Both the position numbers and the translations under genes were made by a program. DNA of 64,000 nt from Candidatus Eiseniibacteriota bacterium. GTDB taxonomy: Bacteria; Eisenbacteria; RBG-16-71-46; JABDJR01. The notes beneath the pieces are model-generated. The model did no database searches and was not told the origin of the DNA. It was given only the letters and a program-made list of their open reading frames with translations. The stretch covers positions 531,072 to 595,071 of the forward strand of contig CAWANH010000029.1 of assembly GCA_963783375.1 (NCBI GenBank), read 5' to 3'. The first letter of the stretch is position 1; every line of letters starts with the position of its first letter. Below, piece by piece: positions 1 through 8,958 of this stretch.

Positions 1-397
1 GCGGTTGCTTCTTCTCGGGGGCGAAGAGACCCTCGGCGGCGAGGCGACGCTTCAGCGCCTCGAAGGCTTGCATGAGGGCGCCGAGTCCCGAGGGAACCAT
101 GCGCCGCACGATGAGCTGGAGGTCGCCCCGGGGCTCGTAGAGCGAGAGCTCCCCTTCCGCCTCCACCTCCACCCCGTCGGCGGGAAGGAACCGGAGGCCG
201 ATGGCCGCCCCCCGGAACATCACCCCTCGAAGCTGGGCGGCGGAATCCTTGAGTGCGAAGTAGAGATGTCCGGAGCCGGGTTTCCGGAAGTTCGAGATCT
301 CTCCGCGCACCCGCACGCGCCCGTACTCGCCTTCCAGGGTGCGACGGATCCGTCCGGTGATCTCGGAGACGGTGAAGGCCGGGGACTCCTCGCTCAC
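1..397 (-). CDS. xseA: Exodeoxyribonuclease VII large subunit, N-terminal part. The gene runs off the window start.
   Basis: Minus-strand translation reads VSEESPAFTVSEITGRIRRTLEGEYGRVRVRGEISNFRKPGSGHLYFALKDSAAQLRGVMFRGAAIGLRF...GELSLYEPRGDLQLIVRRMVPSGLGALMQAFEALKRRLAAEGLF, which is the typical XseA OB-fold N-terminus. The GTG start at 397 lies just downstream of the folD stop. It is absent from the ORF track because there is no stop inside the window. Confidence 0.65.
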   Translation of the reverse strand, partial: MSEESPAFTVSEITGRIRRTLEGEYGRVRVRGEISNFRKPGSGHLYFALKDSAAQLRGVMFRGAAIGLRFLPADGVEVEAEGELSLYEPRGDLQLIVRRMVPSGLGALMQAFEALKRRLAAEGLFAPEKKQP

Positions 398-452
398 GTC
401 GGCGACCCCGGGACCGGATCCTCTCCCGAACCGGCCCGAGCGGCGGGAGGCA

Positions 453-1349
453 CTAGTCCCTCTCCCAGGGACGGGTGAATCCGCCGCCGGCGGCGTCCAC
501 CGTGTTCCGCATGAGCATGGCCACGGTCATCGGACCCACCCCGCCGGGGACGGGGGTCAGGGCGCCGGCGATCTCCGCCGCCTCGGGGGCCACGTCTCCC
601 ACCAGCTTGAACTTCCCCGGCTTCTCGGGATGGGGGATGCGGTTCATGCCCACGTCGATCACCACCGCTCCCGGCTTGATCATCTCCGCGGTCACGATCC
701 CCGCCCGGCCCATCGCGGCCACCAGCACGTCGGCCTGGCGGGTGAAGCGCTCGGGCTCGCGGCTCCGGCTGTGGAGCAGCACCACCGTGGCGTCGCGCCC
801 CTCTCCCTTCTGGCTCAGGAGGTTGGCCATGGGCCGTCCCACCACGTTGGACCGGCCCATCACCGCCACCAGCGCGCCCGGGAGCTTCACCTCTTCCCGG
901 CGGAGGAGATACATGATCCCGAGCGGTGTGCAGGGTACGAACCCCGGTTCACCCCGCACCAGCCGGCCCACGTTGACCGGGTGGAATCCGTCCACGTCCT
1001 TGGCCGGATCGATGAGTTCCAGGAGGGCCGTGGGATCGAAGCCAGGGGGAAGGGGAAGCTGGAGCAGCACCCCGTGCACCGAGGGATCCCGGTTGAGCGA
1101 ACCGAGCGCTTCGCGCGCATCCCCGGGATCGGCGTCGGCGGGCAGCACCACCTGGCGCGACTCCACCCCCACCTCGGCCGAGGCCTCGGCCTTCTTCCGG
1201 AGGTAGACGATCGAGGCCGGGTCCTCCCCGATCCGCATCATGGCCAGGGTGGGGGTCACTCCGCGTTCGCGGAGGGCGCCCGCCCTGGCCGCCGCCTCAC
1301 GGCGGATTTCCGCCGCCGCTTCCTTCCCGTCGATCTTCCGTGCCGTCAT
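453..1349 (-). CDS. folD: Bifunctional methylenetetrahydrofolate dehydrogenase/cyclohydrolase
   Basis: The ORF 453..1658 contains MTARKIDGKEAAAEIRRE...GVLLQLPLP...VTPVPGGVGPMT, which are FolD hallmarks. The ATG at 1349 overlaps the upstream gene stop as ATGA. The annotated product is about 299 aa. Confidence 0.9.
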   Translation of the reverse strand: MTARKIDGKEAAAEIRREAAARAGALRERGVTPTLAMMRIGEDPASIVYLRKKAEASAEVGVESRQVVLPADADPGDAREALGSLNRDPSVHGVLLQLPLPPGFDPTALLELIDPAKDVDGFHPVNVGRLVRGEPGFVPCTPLGIMYLLRREEVKLPGALVAVMGRSNVVGRPMANLLSQKGEGRDATVVLLHSRSREPERFTRQADVLVAAMGRAGIVTAEMIKPGAVVIDVGMNRIPHPEKPGKFKLVGDVAPEAAEIAGALTPVPGGVGPMTVAMLMRNTVDAAGGGFTRPWERD

Positions 1350-2143
1350 GCCGATTCCCCTTCGTCGACGCGTCGGTCCACCCGCTCGATGGAGTGCGCG
1401 CGGCCGGTTTCGTCGTCCAGCTTCACCAGCACCGAGCTGAAGCGGAGGTCGCCGGATGCGGGCTGGAAGCGATGGTAGAGCCCGGTCCGGAAGTTGGCCA
1501 GCACCGGCTCCTTCTGCATGCCGATCACCGAGTCGTAGGGGCCGGTCATCCCGGTGTCGGTGACGAACGCGGTGCCCTGGGGTAGCACGCGGGTATCGGC
1601 GGTGGGAACGTGGGTGTGGGTGCCGAGGACCGCCGAGGCGCGGCCGTCGAGGTGCCATCCCATGGCCATCTTCTCCGAGGTGGCCTCGGCGTGCATGTCC
1701 ACCAGGAGGTAGCGCGCCCCGCGCTCCCGGGCCCGCTTCACCAGCGCGTCGGCGGCCCGGAACGGATCATCGAGCGGACGCATGAAAACGCGGCCGAGAA
1801 GGCAGCCCACCATGAGGGGACCCCGGGGAAGGTCCAGGGTGGCCATGACGTGCCCGGGGGTCCCGGGAGGGTAGTTGGCCGGCCGCACCACCCGCTCCTC
1901 GTTCTCCACGAACTGGATCCCTTCCCGCTTGTCGAAAAGGTGATTTCCTCCGGTGATGAGATCGACCCCGACAGCGAAGAGAGCCTCCGCGGTGTCGTGG
2001 GTGATGCCGGCCCCGCCGGCCAGGTTCTCCCCGTTGGCCACCACGGCGTCCACCGCGAGGTCCCGGCGAATGCCGGGCAGGACCTCCTCGACCGCCCGGC
2101 GCCCGGGGCGCCCCATCACGTCGCCGATGAATAGCAAGTTCAT
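1346..2143 (-). CDS. YmdB-like metallophosphoesterase (TIGR00282 family, 2',3'-cyclic-nucleotide phosphodiesterase)
   Basis: MNLLFIGDVMGRPGRRAV...DAVVANGENLAGGAGIT...LITGGNH are calcineurin-like phosphoesterase motifs. The start at ATG 2143 (M38 of the track ORF) is chosen by homology. Confidence 0.75.
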   Translation of the reverse strand: MNLLFIGDVMGRPGRRAVEEVLPGIRRDLAVDAVVANGENLAGGAGITHDTAEALFAVGVDLITGGNHLFDKREGIQFVENEERVVRPANYPPGTPGHVMATLDLPRGPLMVGCLLGRVFMRPLDDPFRAADALVKRARERGARYLLVDMHAEATSEKMAMGWHLDGRASAVLGTHTHVPTADTRVLPQGTAFVTDTGMTGPYDSVIGMQKEPVLANFRTGLYHRFQPASGDLRFSSVLVKLDDETGRAHSIERVDRRVDEGESA

Positions 2144-2149
2144 GACAAA

Positions 2150-2335
2150 AGAAAATTCCCCGCCGGGTGCCGTGTGATTCGGGTTTTTGAACCTAAACTC
2201 ATGAAGGGGGCGCCGTATCCCGGAGTTCGCGTCTTCCGCCTTCGCGGACCTCACTCCGTCCGGTGTTCCGGCTCCCGAAGTTTAGGTGTTGGCTCAAAAA
2301 TACCTGGAATCATCACGGACAGGGCAGGGAATCTT
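2150..2335 (-). ncRNA. ssrS: Candidate 6S RNA (SsrS)
   Basis: A non-coding gap lies directly downstream of zapA. Long-range imperfect pairings are 2155-2164 with 2323-2332, 2167-2180 with 2307-2320 and 2181-2198 with 2281-2305, enclosing internal hairpins. The element is about 178 nt and rod-like. The zapA-ssrS linkage is conserved in many bacteria. Confidence 0.35.
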
Positions 2336-2399
2336 CAAACCCTTCTGTTCGTGTGTTCGAGGCTCGGAGAACCGACGTCCGCCGCTCCTCCCTGCGATG

Positions 2400-2693
2400 T
2401 TAGTCCCCACCGATGGCTTCGTCCAGGAGTTCCTGGAGACGTTCGAGTCGCCGCGTGAGCGCGAGCCGTTCGCTGTTTCTCTGTTCGCGCTCCTCGAGCA
2501 GATCACCGGCGATGGACAGCGAAGCCAGGACGGACACCTTGGTGGGCGGGAGCGCGGCTCGCGGGTCGAGCTCCTTCATCTTTCCGTCCACGATCGCCGC
2601 AATGCGCGCGATGGTCTCGGGGGCCAGATCGGTGCGGAGCTGATAGCTCGCTCCGCGGAGCTGTACCGTGGTCTCGCTCACCGGCTTCTGCAT
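2400..2693 (-). CDS. zapA: Cell division protein ZapA
   Basis: The 97-aa product MQKPVSETTVQLRGASYQLRTDLAPETIARIAAIVDGKMKEL...coiled coil matches the ZapA family pattern. Confidence 0.8.
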   Translation of the reverse strand: MQKPVSETTVQLRGASYQLRTDLAPETIARIAAIVDGKMKELDPRAALPPTKVSVLASLSIAGDLLEEREQRNSERLALTRRLERLQELLDEAIGGD

Positions 2694-2738
2694 GGATTCA
2701 CCTCACGCGGGCTCGGCGACCGTCCCGCCCGTCCGGGT

Positions 2739-3074
2739 TCAGCCGAGATCCAGAACCTCCAGCTTCTCCAGGATCGCCTGCACCCGGCGCGCGGTGTTCG
2801 CGCGTTCCCGGATGAGGGCGTCCTTCTCCTTCTCCAGGCGGGCGACATCCTCGTTGGCGTTCAGGCTCTTGTGGAGCGCGGCTTCCAGTTCGCGGACGCG
2901 CCCGTCGCGCTCCTGGAGGCGGCGGCGGAGGTCCTCACCTTCGGTGCGGAGGGCGTCCCGCTCCTCCCGCAGCTCGGCCAGGACCTTCGCCGCCGTCTCG
3001 ACCTTCCGCTCCAGCAGTTCCAACGACTCCGAGGCGTCGCTCGCCTTCAGATCCTCCAGCTCCGTCTTGGTCAT
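2739..3074 (-). CDS. ZapB-like coiled-coil cell division protein (DUF904-like)
   Basis: The start ATG at 3074 is preceded by GGGAGGG. The 111-aa product MTKTELEDLKAS...LERKVETAAKVLAELREERDALR... is entirely coiled coil. It sits next to zapA. Confidence 0.6.
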   Translation of the reverse strand: MTKTELEDLKASDASESLELLERKVETAAKVLAELREERDALRTEGEDLRRRLQERDGRVRELEAALHKSLNANEDVARLEKEKDALIRERANTARRVQAILEKLEVLDLG

Positions 3075-3106
3075 GGATCGCTCATCCCTCCCGCCGTGCG
3101 GGCCGC

Positions 3107-5515
3107 TCAGGCCTCGCGGCGAACGATTCCCAGTTGACGCAGGCCGGCCACGACGCGGTCGACCGCGGCATCCACTTCCTTGTCCTCCAGGGTCCGGTCG
3201 GCGGCGCGGAAGGTCAGGCTGAACCCGAGCCCCACGTGCCCGGCCGGAATGTGCTTGCCCCGGTAGTGATCGAAAAGCTCGATTTCCTGGAGCTGGGGCC
3301 CGGCCTCGCCGCGGATCCGGCTCCGCACCTCGTCCTGGGTAACCCCGCCGGGCACGATCAGCGCCAGATCGCGGCGCATCGCCGGGAACCGCGACGGCTC
3401 GCGGTAGACCCGGGGGGACCCGGCCTCCAGAGGCAGCGCTTCGAGGCGCACCTGGGCCAGGTACACCGGCCGGTTGAGATCCCAGGCCGAGGCGGCTTCC
3501 GGGCCCACTTCCCAGGCGCAACCGAAGCTCAGATCCCCCGCCGCCAGCTCGAGAGAGCCGGGGGGGAACAAACCCAGGCCATTATAGGGTCGCCACTTAG
3601 GTACGTCAATTTGAAACGCGGCTAGAAGTCCTTCCACGAAGCCCTTGAATTCCAAGAAGTTGAGACTGCGCTGCGCCCGCTCCAGCGAGGCCGGAAACTT
3701 GCCCCCGGCGGCCGCGATCCCCACCCAGGTGGTCTCCACGGGGAGGGGGCCCGGCGATCGGCGGTCGAATGTGGTTCCGATCTCGTAGAGGCGCGCTTCG
3801 GGCCGGCCGTGGCGAAGGTTGTGGGCCACCGCGTCGAGGAGCGACGGCAGCAGCGTGACCCGGAGCCCCTCCTCCTCCCGGCTCGGAGGATCCATGAGCG
3901 GAAGGAAGGCGGCGCTCGCCGTCTCGGCGGCGATGCCCACCCGGGCGGCGGCCTCCTCCCGCACCAGGCACCGGGTGATGATCTCGCTGAATCCGAGCCC
4001 ACGGAGCGCCTCCCCCACCCGGCGTCGCCGGTTCTCCTCGGGCTGGACCGGCGCCGCCACGGCGCTGGCGTTGTACTGGCGCTCGCCGATGGCGTCGTAC
4101 CCCCGGTGGCGGGCCACTTCCTCCAGCAGGTCGCACTCCTCGAGCACGTCCCGCCGCCACGAGGGCACACCGATCATCCATGTCTCACCCGACCGGTCAT
4201 CAACCTCGAAGCCGAAGGCCCGGAGCCGGGTCGCCACCTCCTCGTCCTCCACCGGATCTCCCAGGGTCCGGCCCACCGCGGCGGGCCGGAAAGACACCCG
4301 GCGCGGGGCGAGGAGGGAAGGATCGACCGCCTCGGCCATCCCCGGAGCCACCGTCCCCCCCGCGGTCTCGGCCAGGAGACCGGCGGCCCGCCGGGCGGCG
4401 GCGTCCACCGCCCCGGGATCCACGCCCCGGCGGAACCGGATCGAGGCCTCGGTGTCGAGACGGAGCCAGCGGGAGCCGCGAAGAATCCGCTCCGGGAGGA
4501 AGTAAGCCGCCTCGAGCAGGATGTCGTGAGTCCCCTCGTGGACCTCGGTGTTCGCCCCCCCCATGATCCCGCCGGCGGCGATGGGCCGCTCGCCGTCGGT
4601 GATCAGCAGCACCTGGGGATCGAGGGCGCGGTCCTGGCCGTCCAGGGTGGTGAGGCGTTCACCGGGCCGGGCCCGCCGGACGAGGATGCGCCCGGTACCG
4701 AGGCGCTCCAGATCGAAGGCGTGAAGCGGCTGGCCGAACTCCAGCATCACGAAGTTGGTGACGTCGACCACGTTGTTGATGCTCCGCTGGCCGGCTCCTT
4801 CCAGTCGGCGCACCAGCCACTCCGGGGAGGGTCCCACGCGAACCCCACGGATCAGGTGTGCGGTGAACCGGGGGCAATCCCCGGCGTCCTCGACCGCCAC
4901 CGCGAACTCGCCGGTCACCGGCACGCCTCCGCGGTCGGCTTCGGTGGGCGGGAGACGAAGGGGCTTCCCGGTGAGGGCGGCGATCTCGCGGGCGATTCCC
5001 ACGTGGCAGAGGCAGTCCCCGCGGTTGGAGGGAACGTCGATCTCCAACACCACGTCGCGGGAACCGAGAACCTGCGCGAACGGCGTCCCCACCTCGGCGG
5101 GGGGGAGTTCCATGATGCCGGAGGCGTCATCCCCGAGGCCGAGTTCGATCTCGGAGCAAAGCATGCCGTTCGAGACCTCGCCCCGGATCTTGCTCTTCTT
5201 CAGGGTCACGCCGTTGGGAAGCGCGGCGCCCACCCGGGCCAGGGGGCTCAACATGCCTTCGCGGACATTGGGAGCCCCGCACACCACCTCCACCGTCTCT
5301 CCCCCTCCGGCGTCCACCCGGCAGAGGCTCAACCGGTCGGCGTTGGGATGGCGGCGGACCTCCAGCACCTTCCCCACCACCACGGTGTCCGGAATGACGC
5401 TCGGGCGCTCCACCCGATCGACCGGAAGTCCGGCCATGGTGAGGAGCCGGGCCAGAACCTCCGGCTCCTGCTCGATCTCCACGTAGTCCCTGATCCAGGA
5501 AAGACTGAAACGCAC
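3107..5515 (-). CDS. pheT: Phenylalanine--tRNA ligase beta subunit
   Basis: The protein of about 800 aa reads VRFSLSWIRDYVEIEQ...tRNA-binding, B3/4, B5 and FDX-ACB domains. The GTG start at 5515 is preceded by GGAGGGAGAGG. The track ORF extends to 5551. Confidence 0.9.
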   Translation of the reverse strand: MRFSLSWIRDYVEIEQEPEVLARLLTMAGLPVDRVERPSVIPDTVVVGKVLEVRRHPNADRLSLCRVDAGGGETVEVVCGAPNVREGMLSPLARVGAALPNGVTLKKSKIRGEVSNGMLCSEIELGLGDDASGIMELPPAEVGTPFAQVLGSRDVVLEIDVPSNRGDCLCHVGIAREIAALTGKPLRLPPTEADRGGVPVTGEFAVAVEDAGDCPRFTAHLIRGVRVGPSPEWLVRRLEGAGQRSINNVVDVTNFVMLEFGQPLHAFDLERLGTGRILVRRARPGERLTTLDGQDRALDPQVLLITDGERPIAAGGIMGGANTEVHEGTHDILLEAAYFLPERILRGSRWLRLDTEASIRFRRGVDPGAVDAAARRAAGLLAETAGGTVAPGMAEAVDPSLLAPRRVSFRPAAVGRTLGDPVEDEEVATRLRAFGFEVDDRSGETWMIGVPSWRRDVLEECDLLEEVARHRGYDAIGERQYNASAVAAPVQPEENRRRRVGEALRGLGFSEIITRCLVREEAAARVGIAAETASAAFLPLMDPPSREEEGLRVTLLPSLLDAVAHNLRHGRPEARLYEIGTTFDRRSPGPLPVETTWVGIAAAGGKFPASLERAQRSLNFLEFKGFVEGLLAAFQIDVPKWRPYNGLGLFPPGSLELAAGDLSFGCAWEVGPEAASAWDLNRPVYLAQVRLEALPLEAGSPRVYREPSRFPAMRRDLALIVPGGVTQDEVRSRIRGEAGPQLQEIELFDHYRGKHIPAGHVGLGFSLTFRAADRTLEDKEVDAAVDRVVAGLRQLGIVRREA

Positions 5516-5756
5516 GGAATCCCCTCTCCCTCCGCGTGCCATTCCACGCACGCGGGAGCCGGTAGCGAATCGGGAATCCTACCACGGGCCGGATGAAAAT
5601 TCCCGGGGGGCTCCGTCCTTCCCATCCCCCGCCCCAGCGGCTAAACTGCCACCGCATGCAAACCTGCCGCACCCCTACTTCCCTTCGCGTTCGGACCGCG
5701 CGATTCGCCGCCGCGGGACGCCGGCTCTTCGCCCCGGAGGCGAAGCCCACCGGACC

Positions 5757-6887
5757 ATGAAGGTCTGCCTGATCTCCCTCGGCGGGCTCGATTGTCAGCT
5801 CGTCGAACCGCACAGTACCCGGGGCGGTTCGGAACTCCAGACCACCCTCCTCGCCCGGGCCCTGGAGGCGCGCGGCCACGAGGTGACGATGGTGGTGACC
5901 GACTACGTCGGGGCGGCCCGCACCGCCCCGCGGGTCACGGACTTCCGGCTCCTCAACGCCTACGACACCCGGGCCGGGATCCGCGGACTCCGGTTCGTTC
6001 CGCGGTGGCGGGAGCTCATCCGCGCCCTGGACCGGGCCGACGCCGCGGTCTATTACCAGCGGGGCGCGGGGGCGGTCACCGGACAGGCCGGCCTCTTCGC
6101 CGCCCGGCGCGGGCGTGCGTTCGTGTTCGGTGCCGCCAGCGACACCGACGTCGACCCCCGCCGCCTTCGCCTGGGACCCCGGGACCGCTTGCTCTTCCGG
6201 GCCGGGCTCACCCGCGCCACCCGGGTGGTGGTCCAACACCGGGAACAGCGGGAGCTTCTCCGGAAGGGTTTCGGTGTGTCGTCAACGGTGATCGGAAGCA
6301 TCAGCCCGTTCTTCCCCGAGAGCGTGCGCCCACCCGAGGACCCGCCGGTGGTGGTCTGGCTCGGAAACTTCCGCGCCCTCAAGCATCCGGAGATCTTCCT
6401 CGAAGCCGCGGCCCGGTTCCCCGAGACCCACTTCGTGATGATGGGGGGCCCGGTGGCGTCCGAAGCCGATCTGTTCGGCCGGGTGCGCAAGGCCGCCGCC
6501 GCCGTCCCCAACGTCACCTTCATGGGCCCGGTGGCCGACCCGGCCCCGGTTCTGGCCGGGGCATGGGCGCTTCTCAACACCTCCGAGTTCGAAGGGTTTC
6601 CCACCAGCTTCGTGGAGGCCTGGGCCCACGGGGTGCCCACCGTCTCCTTCGTCGATCCGGGGGGCGTGGTGACCGAAGAGGAGTTGGGACGGGTGGCGGA
6701 CACCGCCGAGTCGCTCCTCGGCCACCTGGGTCGGATGCTGGGCTCCCGAAGTCTTCGCGACGAGCTGGGAGCGCGGGCGCGCGCCCACGTCGCGCGCGAA
6801 CATGGGGCGGACCGGGTGGCCGAACGCTACGATCGCCTGTTCCGGGAGATCGCCGGGCCGGGCCGAACCCGGGAACGGAGGGACTGA
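5757..6887 (+). CDS. Glycosyltransferase family 1 (GT4-like)
   Basis: MKVCLISLGG...GGSELQTTLLARALEARGHEVTMVV...EGFPTSFVEAWAHGVPTV is a GT1 retaining-fold signature. The gene is divergent from pheT. Confidence 0.8.
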   Translation: MKVCLISLGGLDCQLVEPHSTRGGSELQTTLLARALEARGHEVTMVVTDYVGAARTAPRVTDFRLLNAYDTRAGIRGLRFVPRWRELIRALDRADAAVYYQRGAGAVTGQAGLFAARRGRAFVFGAASDTDVDPRRLRLGPRDRLLFRAGLTRATRVVVQHREQRELLRKGFGVSSTVIGSISPFFPESVRPPEDPPVVVWLGNFRALKHPEIFLEAAARFPETHFVMMGGPVASEADLFGRVRKAAAAVPNVTFMGPVADPAPVLAGAWALLNTSEFEGFPTSFVEAWAHGVPTVSFVDPGGVVTEEELGRVADTAESLLGHLGRMLGSRSLRDELGARARAHVAREHGADRVAERYDRLFREIAGPGRTRERRD

Positions 6888-6888
6888 A

Positions 6889-8898
6889 GTGGAATCGATC
6901 GAGTCATCTCCCCCGGCGCGGAAGAGCGTCCCCACCCTGATCTTCGTCCTGGTCCTGGCCCTCTACGTCCTGACCCTGCTGGGCTGGGGGGGCTCCGTCC
7001 TCGCCGCTGGGGCGGGAATCGCCGCCGCGTTCCTGTTTCCGGGGAACGCGCTCCTGGTGGCGGCCTCCGCGCCGCGTTCCCGAACCCGGGACCTGGTGGC
7101 CGGGGTCGCTCTCTCCCCCGTGGTGTTGGGGGGGGTCCTCGTCGTCGCCGAGCTCACCGGGGGAATCTCCGCCCTCTGGGTTCGGGGGACCGTTCTGGGA
7201 TGCGGCGGCGTACTCGTTTTGTTTCGACTTCTCGACGATGGCGCCGCACCCGATAGCGACGAGGACGTGGGATGGGCGCCATGGCTGATCGGGCTCGGCG
7301 CGGCCGTGCTGGTGGGACTGGTGCTCATCCCCGCCCCGTGGCGACGGGTTGCCTCCGACGCCTGGTTCCATACCGCGGTGGCGCTGGAGATGGAGCGGGG
7401 GGGGCTCCCGCCGCAGGATCCCTACTTCGCGGGCATCGCCCTCCAGTACTTCTGGTTCTACCACGCCGTCCTCCTGGCGCTCCGAGACGCGGCCGGACTC
7501 AACCCGCCCGACGCCATGACCCTCATGAACCTCCTGGCCGTCGGACTCTGCGTTCCCGCCGCCGCCCGGATCGGTCGCGCGCTGGGATTTTCGCGCGCCG
7601 CGGGAGCCTGGGGCGGGGTGCTCTTTCTCCTGGGAATGGGCGGCCTCTTCTGGCTGTTCTTCCCGGTCAAGCTGGTGACCGTGGTGATCGGGGACGTGCG
7701 GGGGATGGCGGCGCTCCGCCAGATCGTTCACCTGGGGGCGCTCTGCCCCGCGAACACGGAGCCCTTCGTCCGGTTCCTGAACAGCTCGGTATTCATGTTG
7801 CGCAAGTTCCTGATCGGAACCGCGGTTCCCTGGGCGCTGCTGCTCCTCTTGGTGACGGCGGACGCCGCCCTGCGGTTCGTGCGGGAGGGAAAGGCCTCCC
7901 GGGCCTTCCTGCTCTTCGCCGCCGGGGCGGGGGCGTTTCTCTTCCACGTGGTGATCGGCGGGGCGTCCCTGGCCGCGTTGGCCGCCGGAGCGGCGGCCCT
8001 CGCGATCCTCCCCGGCGCCCCCCGGGGCCGCGCCCTGGGAACCGCGGTGATCGCGGCGGGGGCGCTGGCGGCGTGCCTCCCCTACCTGACTTCCCTCGTT
8101 CCTCCCGGGAGCACGGAGCGGGCCTTCCCCTTCGGGATCAGCCTCCGGGTCTGGGCTTCGGCTCCCTTCACCTTCGCCGGCGTGATCCTGCTCTCCCTCC
8201 CGGTCTGGAAACGGTTCTGGACCCTGCGCCGGCCGGATTCCGTCCTCTTCATGGGGTGGGCCGCCGCCTCGGTGGGCTACGGGCTCCTGGGCCGTCTTCC
8301 CGCCGCCAACCAGTTCGACAAGCCTCCGATCGTGATGTACATCCCCCTCGCCCTGGCCGCGGGGTTCGCCGTGCCGCTCATCTGGAGGGCGCTGGCCGGC
8401 CGGCGCCGGCTCCGGGTGCTCTTCGCGGCGTTCCTCTTCCTGTACCTGGTCCCCGAGAACGCCCTCCTGTGGACGGCCTATGTAACCGAGGGCTCGCCGG
8501 CGCCGCTCAGCCCGGCCGAAACGCATCTCTACGCCTGGATCGGCCGCGAAACGCCGGCCGACGCGGTGTTCATCGATTCCCACGACCGCACCGAAGTGCT
8601 GGTCCGGGGTCCGCGCCGCCAGTACTGGGGACTGCCCGCCTACGCCTACCAGTGGGGTTACGATCGCGAGGTGATGGCCCTCCGACGGCGGACCCGGGAC
8701 GAGGTGTACGCCTCCGGGGACCTTGACCCGAAGGAGATCGCCGGCCTCGCCGCCCTCCACGCCCCGGTGTACGTGATCGCCCGGGAAGAGGATACTCCGG
8801 GGGCGGGGAGGCGGCTGGCTGAGCGGCCCGCGCGTTATCGACGGGTATGGGCCGAGGACGGGCTGGCGGTGTTCCGGGTGAAGCTCGGCGGATCGTGA
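6889..8898 (+). CDS. Polytopic membrane protein, putative GT-C-like glycosyltransferase (function inferred)
   Basis: The GTG start at 6889 follows GGAGG and overlaps the GT1 stop. The 669-aa product has more than 12 predicted TM helices and a C-terminal soluble domain. It is translationally coupled to the GT1 gene. Confidence 0.55.
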   Translation: MESIESSPPARKSVPTLIFVLVLALYVLTLLGWGGSVLAAGAGIAAAFLFPGNALLVAASAPRSRTRDLVAGVALSPVVLGGVLVVAELTGGISALWVRGTVLGCGGVLVLFRLLDDGAAPDSDEDVGWAPWLIGLGAAVLVGLVLIPAPWRRVASDAWFHTAVALEMERGGLPPQDPYFAGIALQYFWFYHAVLLALRDAAGLNPPDAMTLMNLLAVGLCVPAAARIGRALGFSRAAGAWGGVLFLLGMGGLFWLFFPVKLVTVVIGDVRGMAALRQIVHLGALCPANTEPFVRFLNSSVFMLRKFLIGTAVPWALLLLLVTADAALRFVREGKASRAFLLFAAGAGAFLFHVVIGGASLAALAAGAAALAILPGAPRGRALGTAVIAAGALAACLPYLTSLVPPGSTERAFPFGISLRVWASAPFTFAGVILLSLPVWKRFWTLRRPDSVLFMGWAAASVGYGLLGRLPAANQFDKPPIVMYIPLALAAGFAVPLIWRALAGRRRLRVLFAAFLFLYLVPENALLWTAYVTEGSPAPLSPAETHLYAWIGRETPADAVFIDSHDRTEVLVRGPRRQYWGLPAYAYQWGYDREVMALRRRTRDEVYASGDLDPKEIAGLAALHAPVYVIAREEDTPGAGRRLAERPARYRRVWAEDGLAVFRVKLGGS

Positions 8899-8958
8899 CC
8901 GGCGCCGCGCGCTCCGCGACCGATCGGGGCGCGATCGCCCGGCGAGGGTGACCGGCGG

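Noticed and set aside
5-1478. Plus-strand ORFs 5..478 and 339..1478
   Set aside because: They are displaced by the minus-strand xseA (partial) and folD, which give recognisable proteins.
3809-5596. Long ORFs antisense to pheT (3809..5596 +). The same applies to others at 6904..8760 -, 25594..27882 -, 54066..55103 +, 56209..58194 + and 59709..62558 +.
   Set aside because: These are shadow frames of well-supported genes on the opposite strand. They have no Shine-Dalgarno sequence and give low-complexity products.
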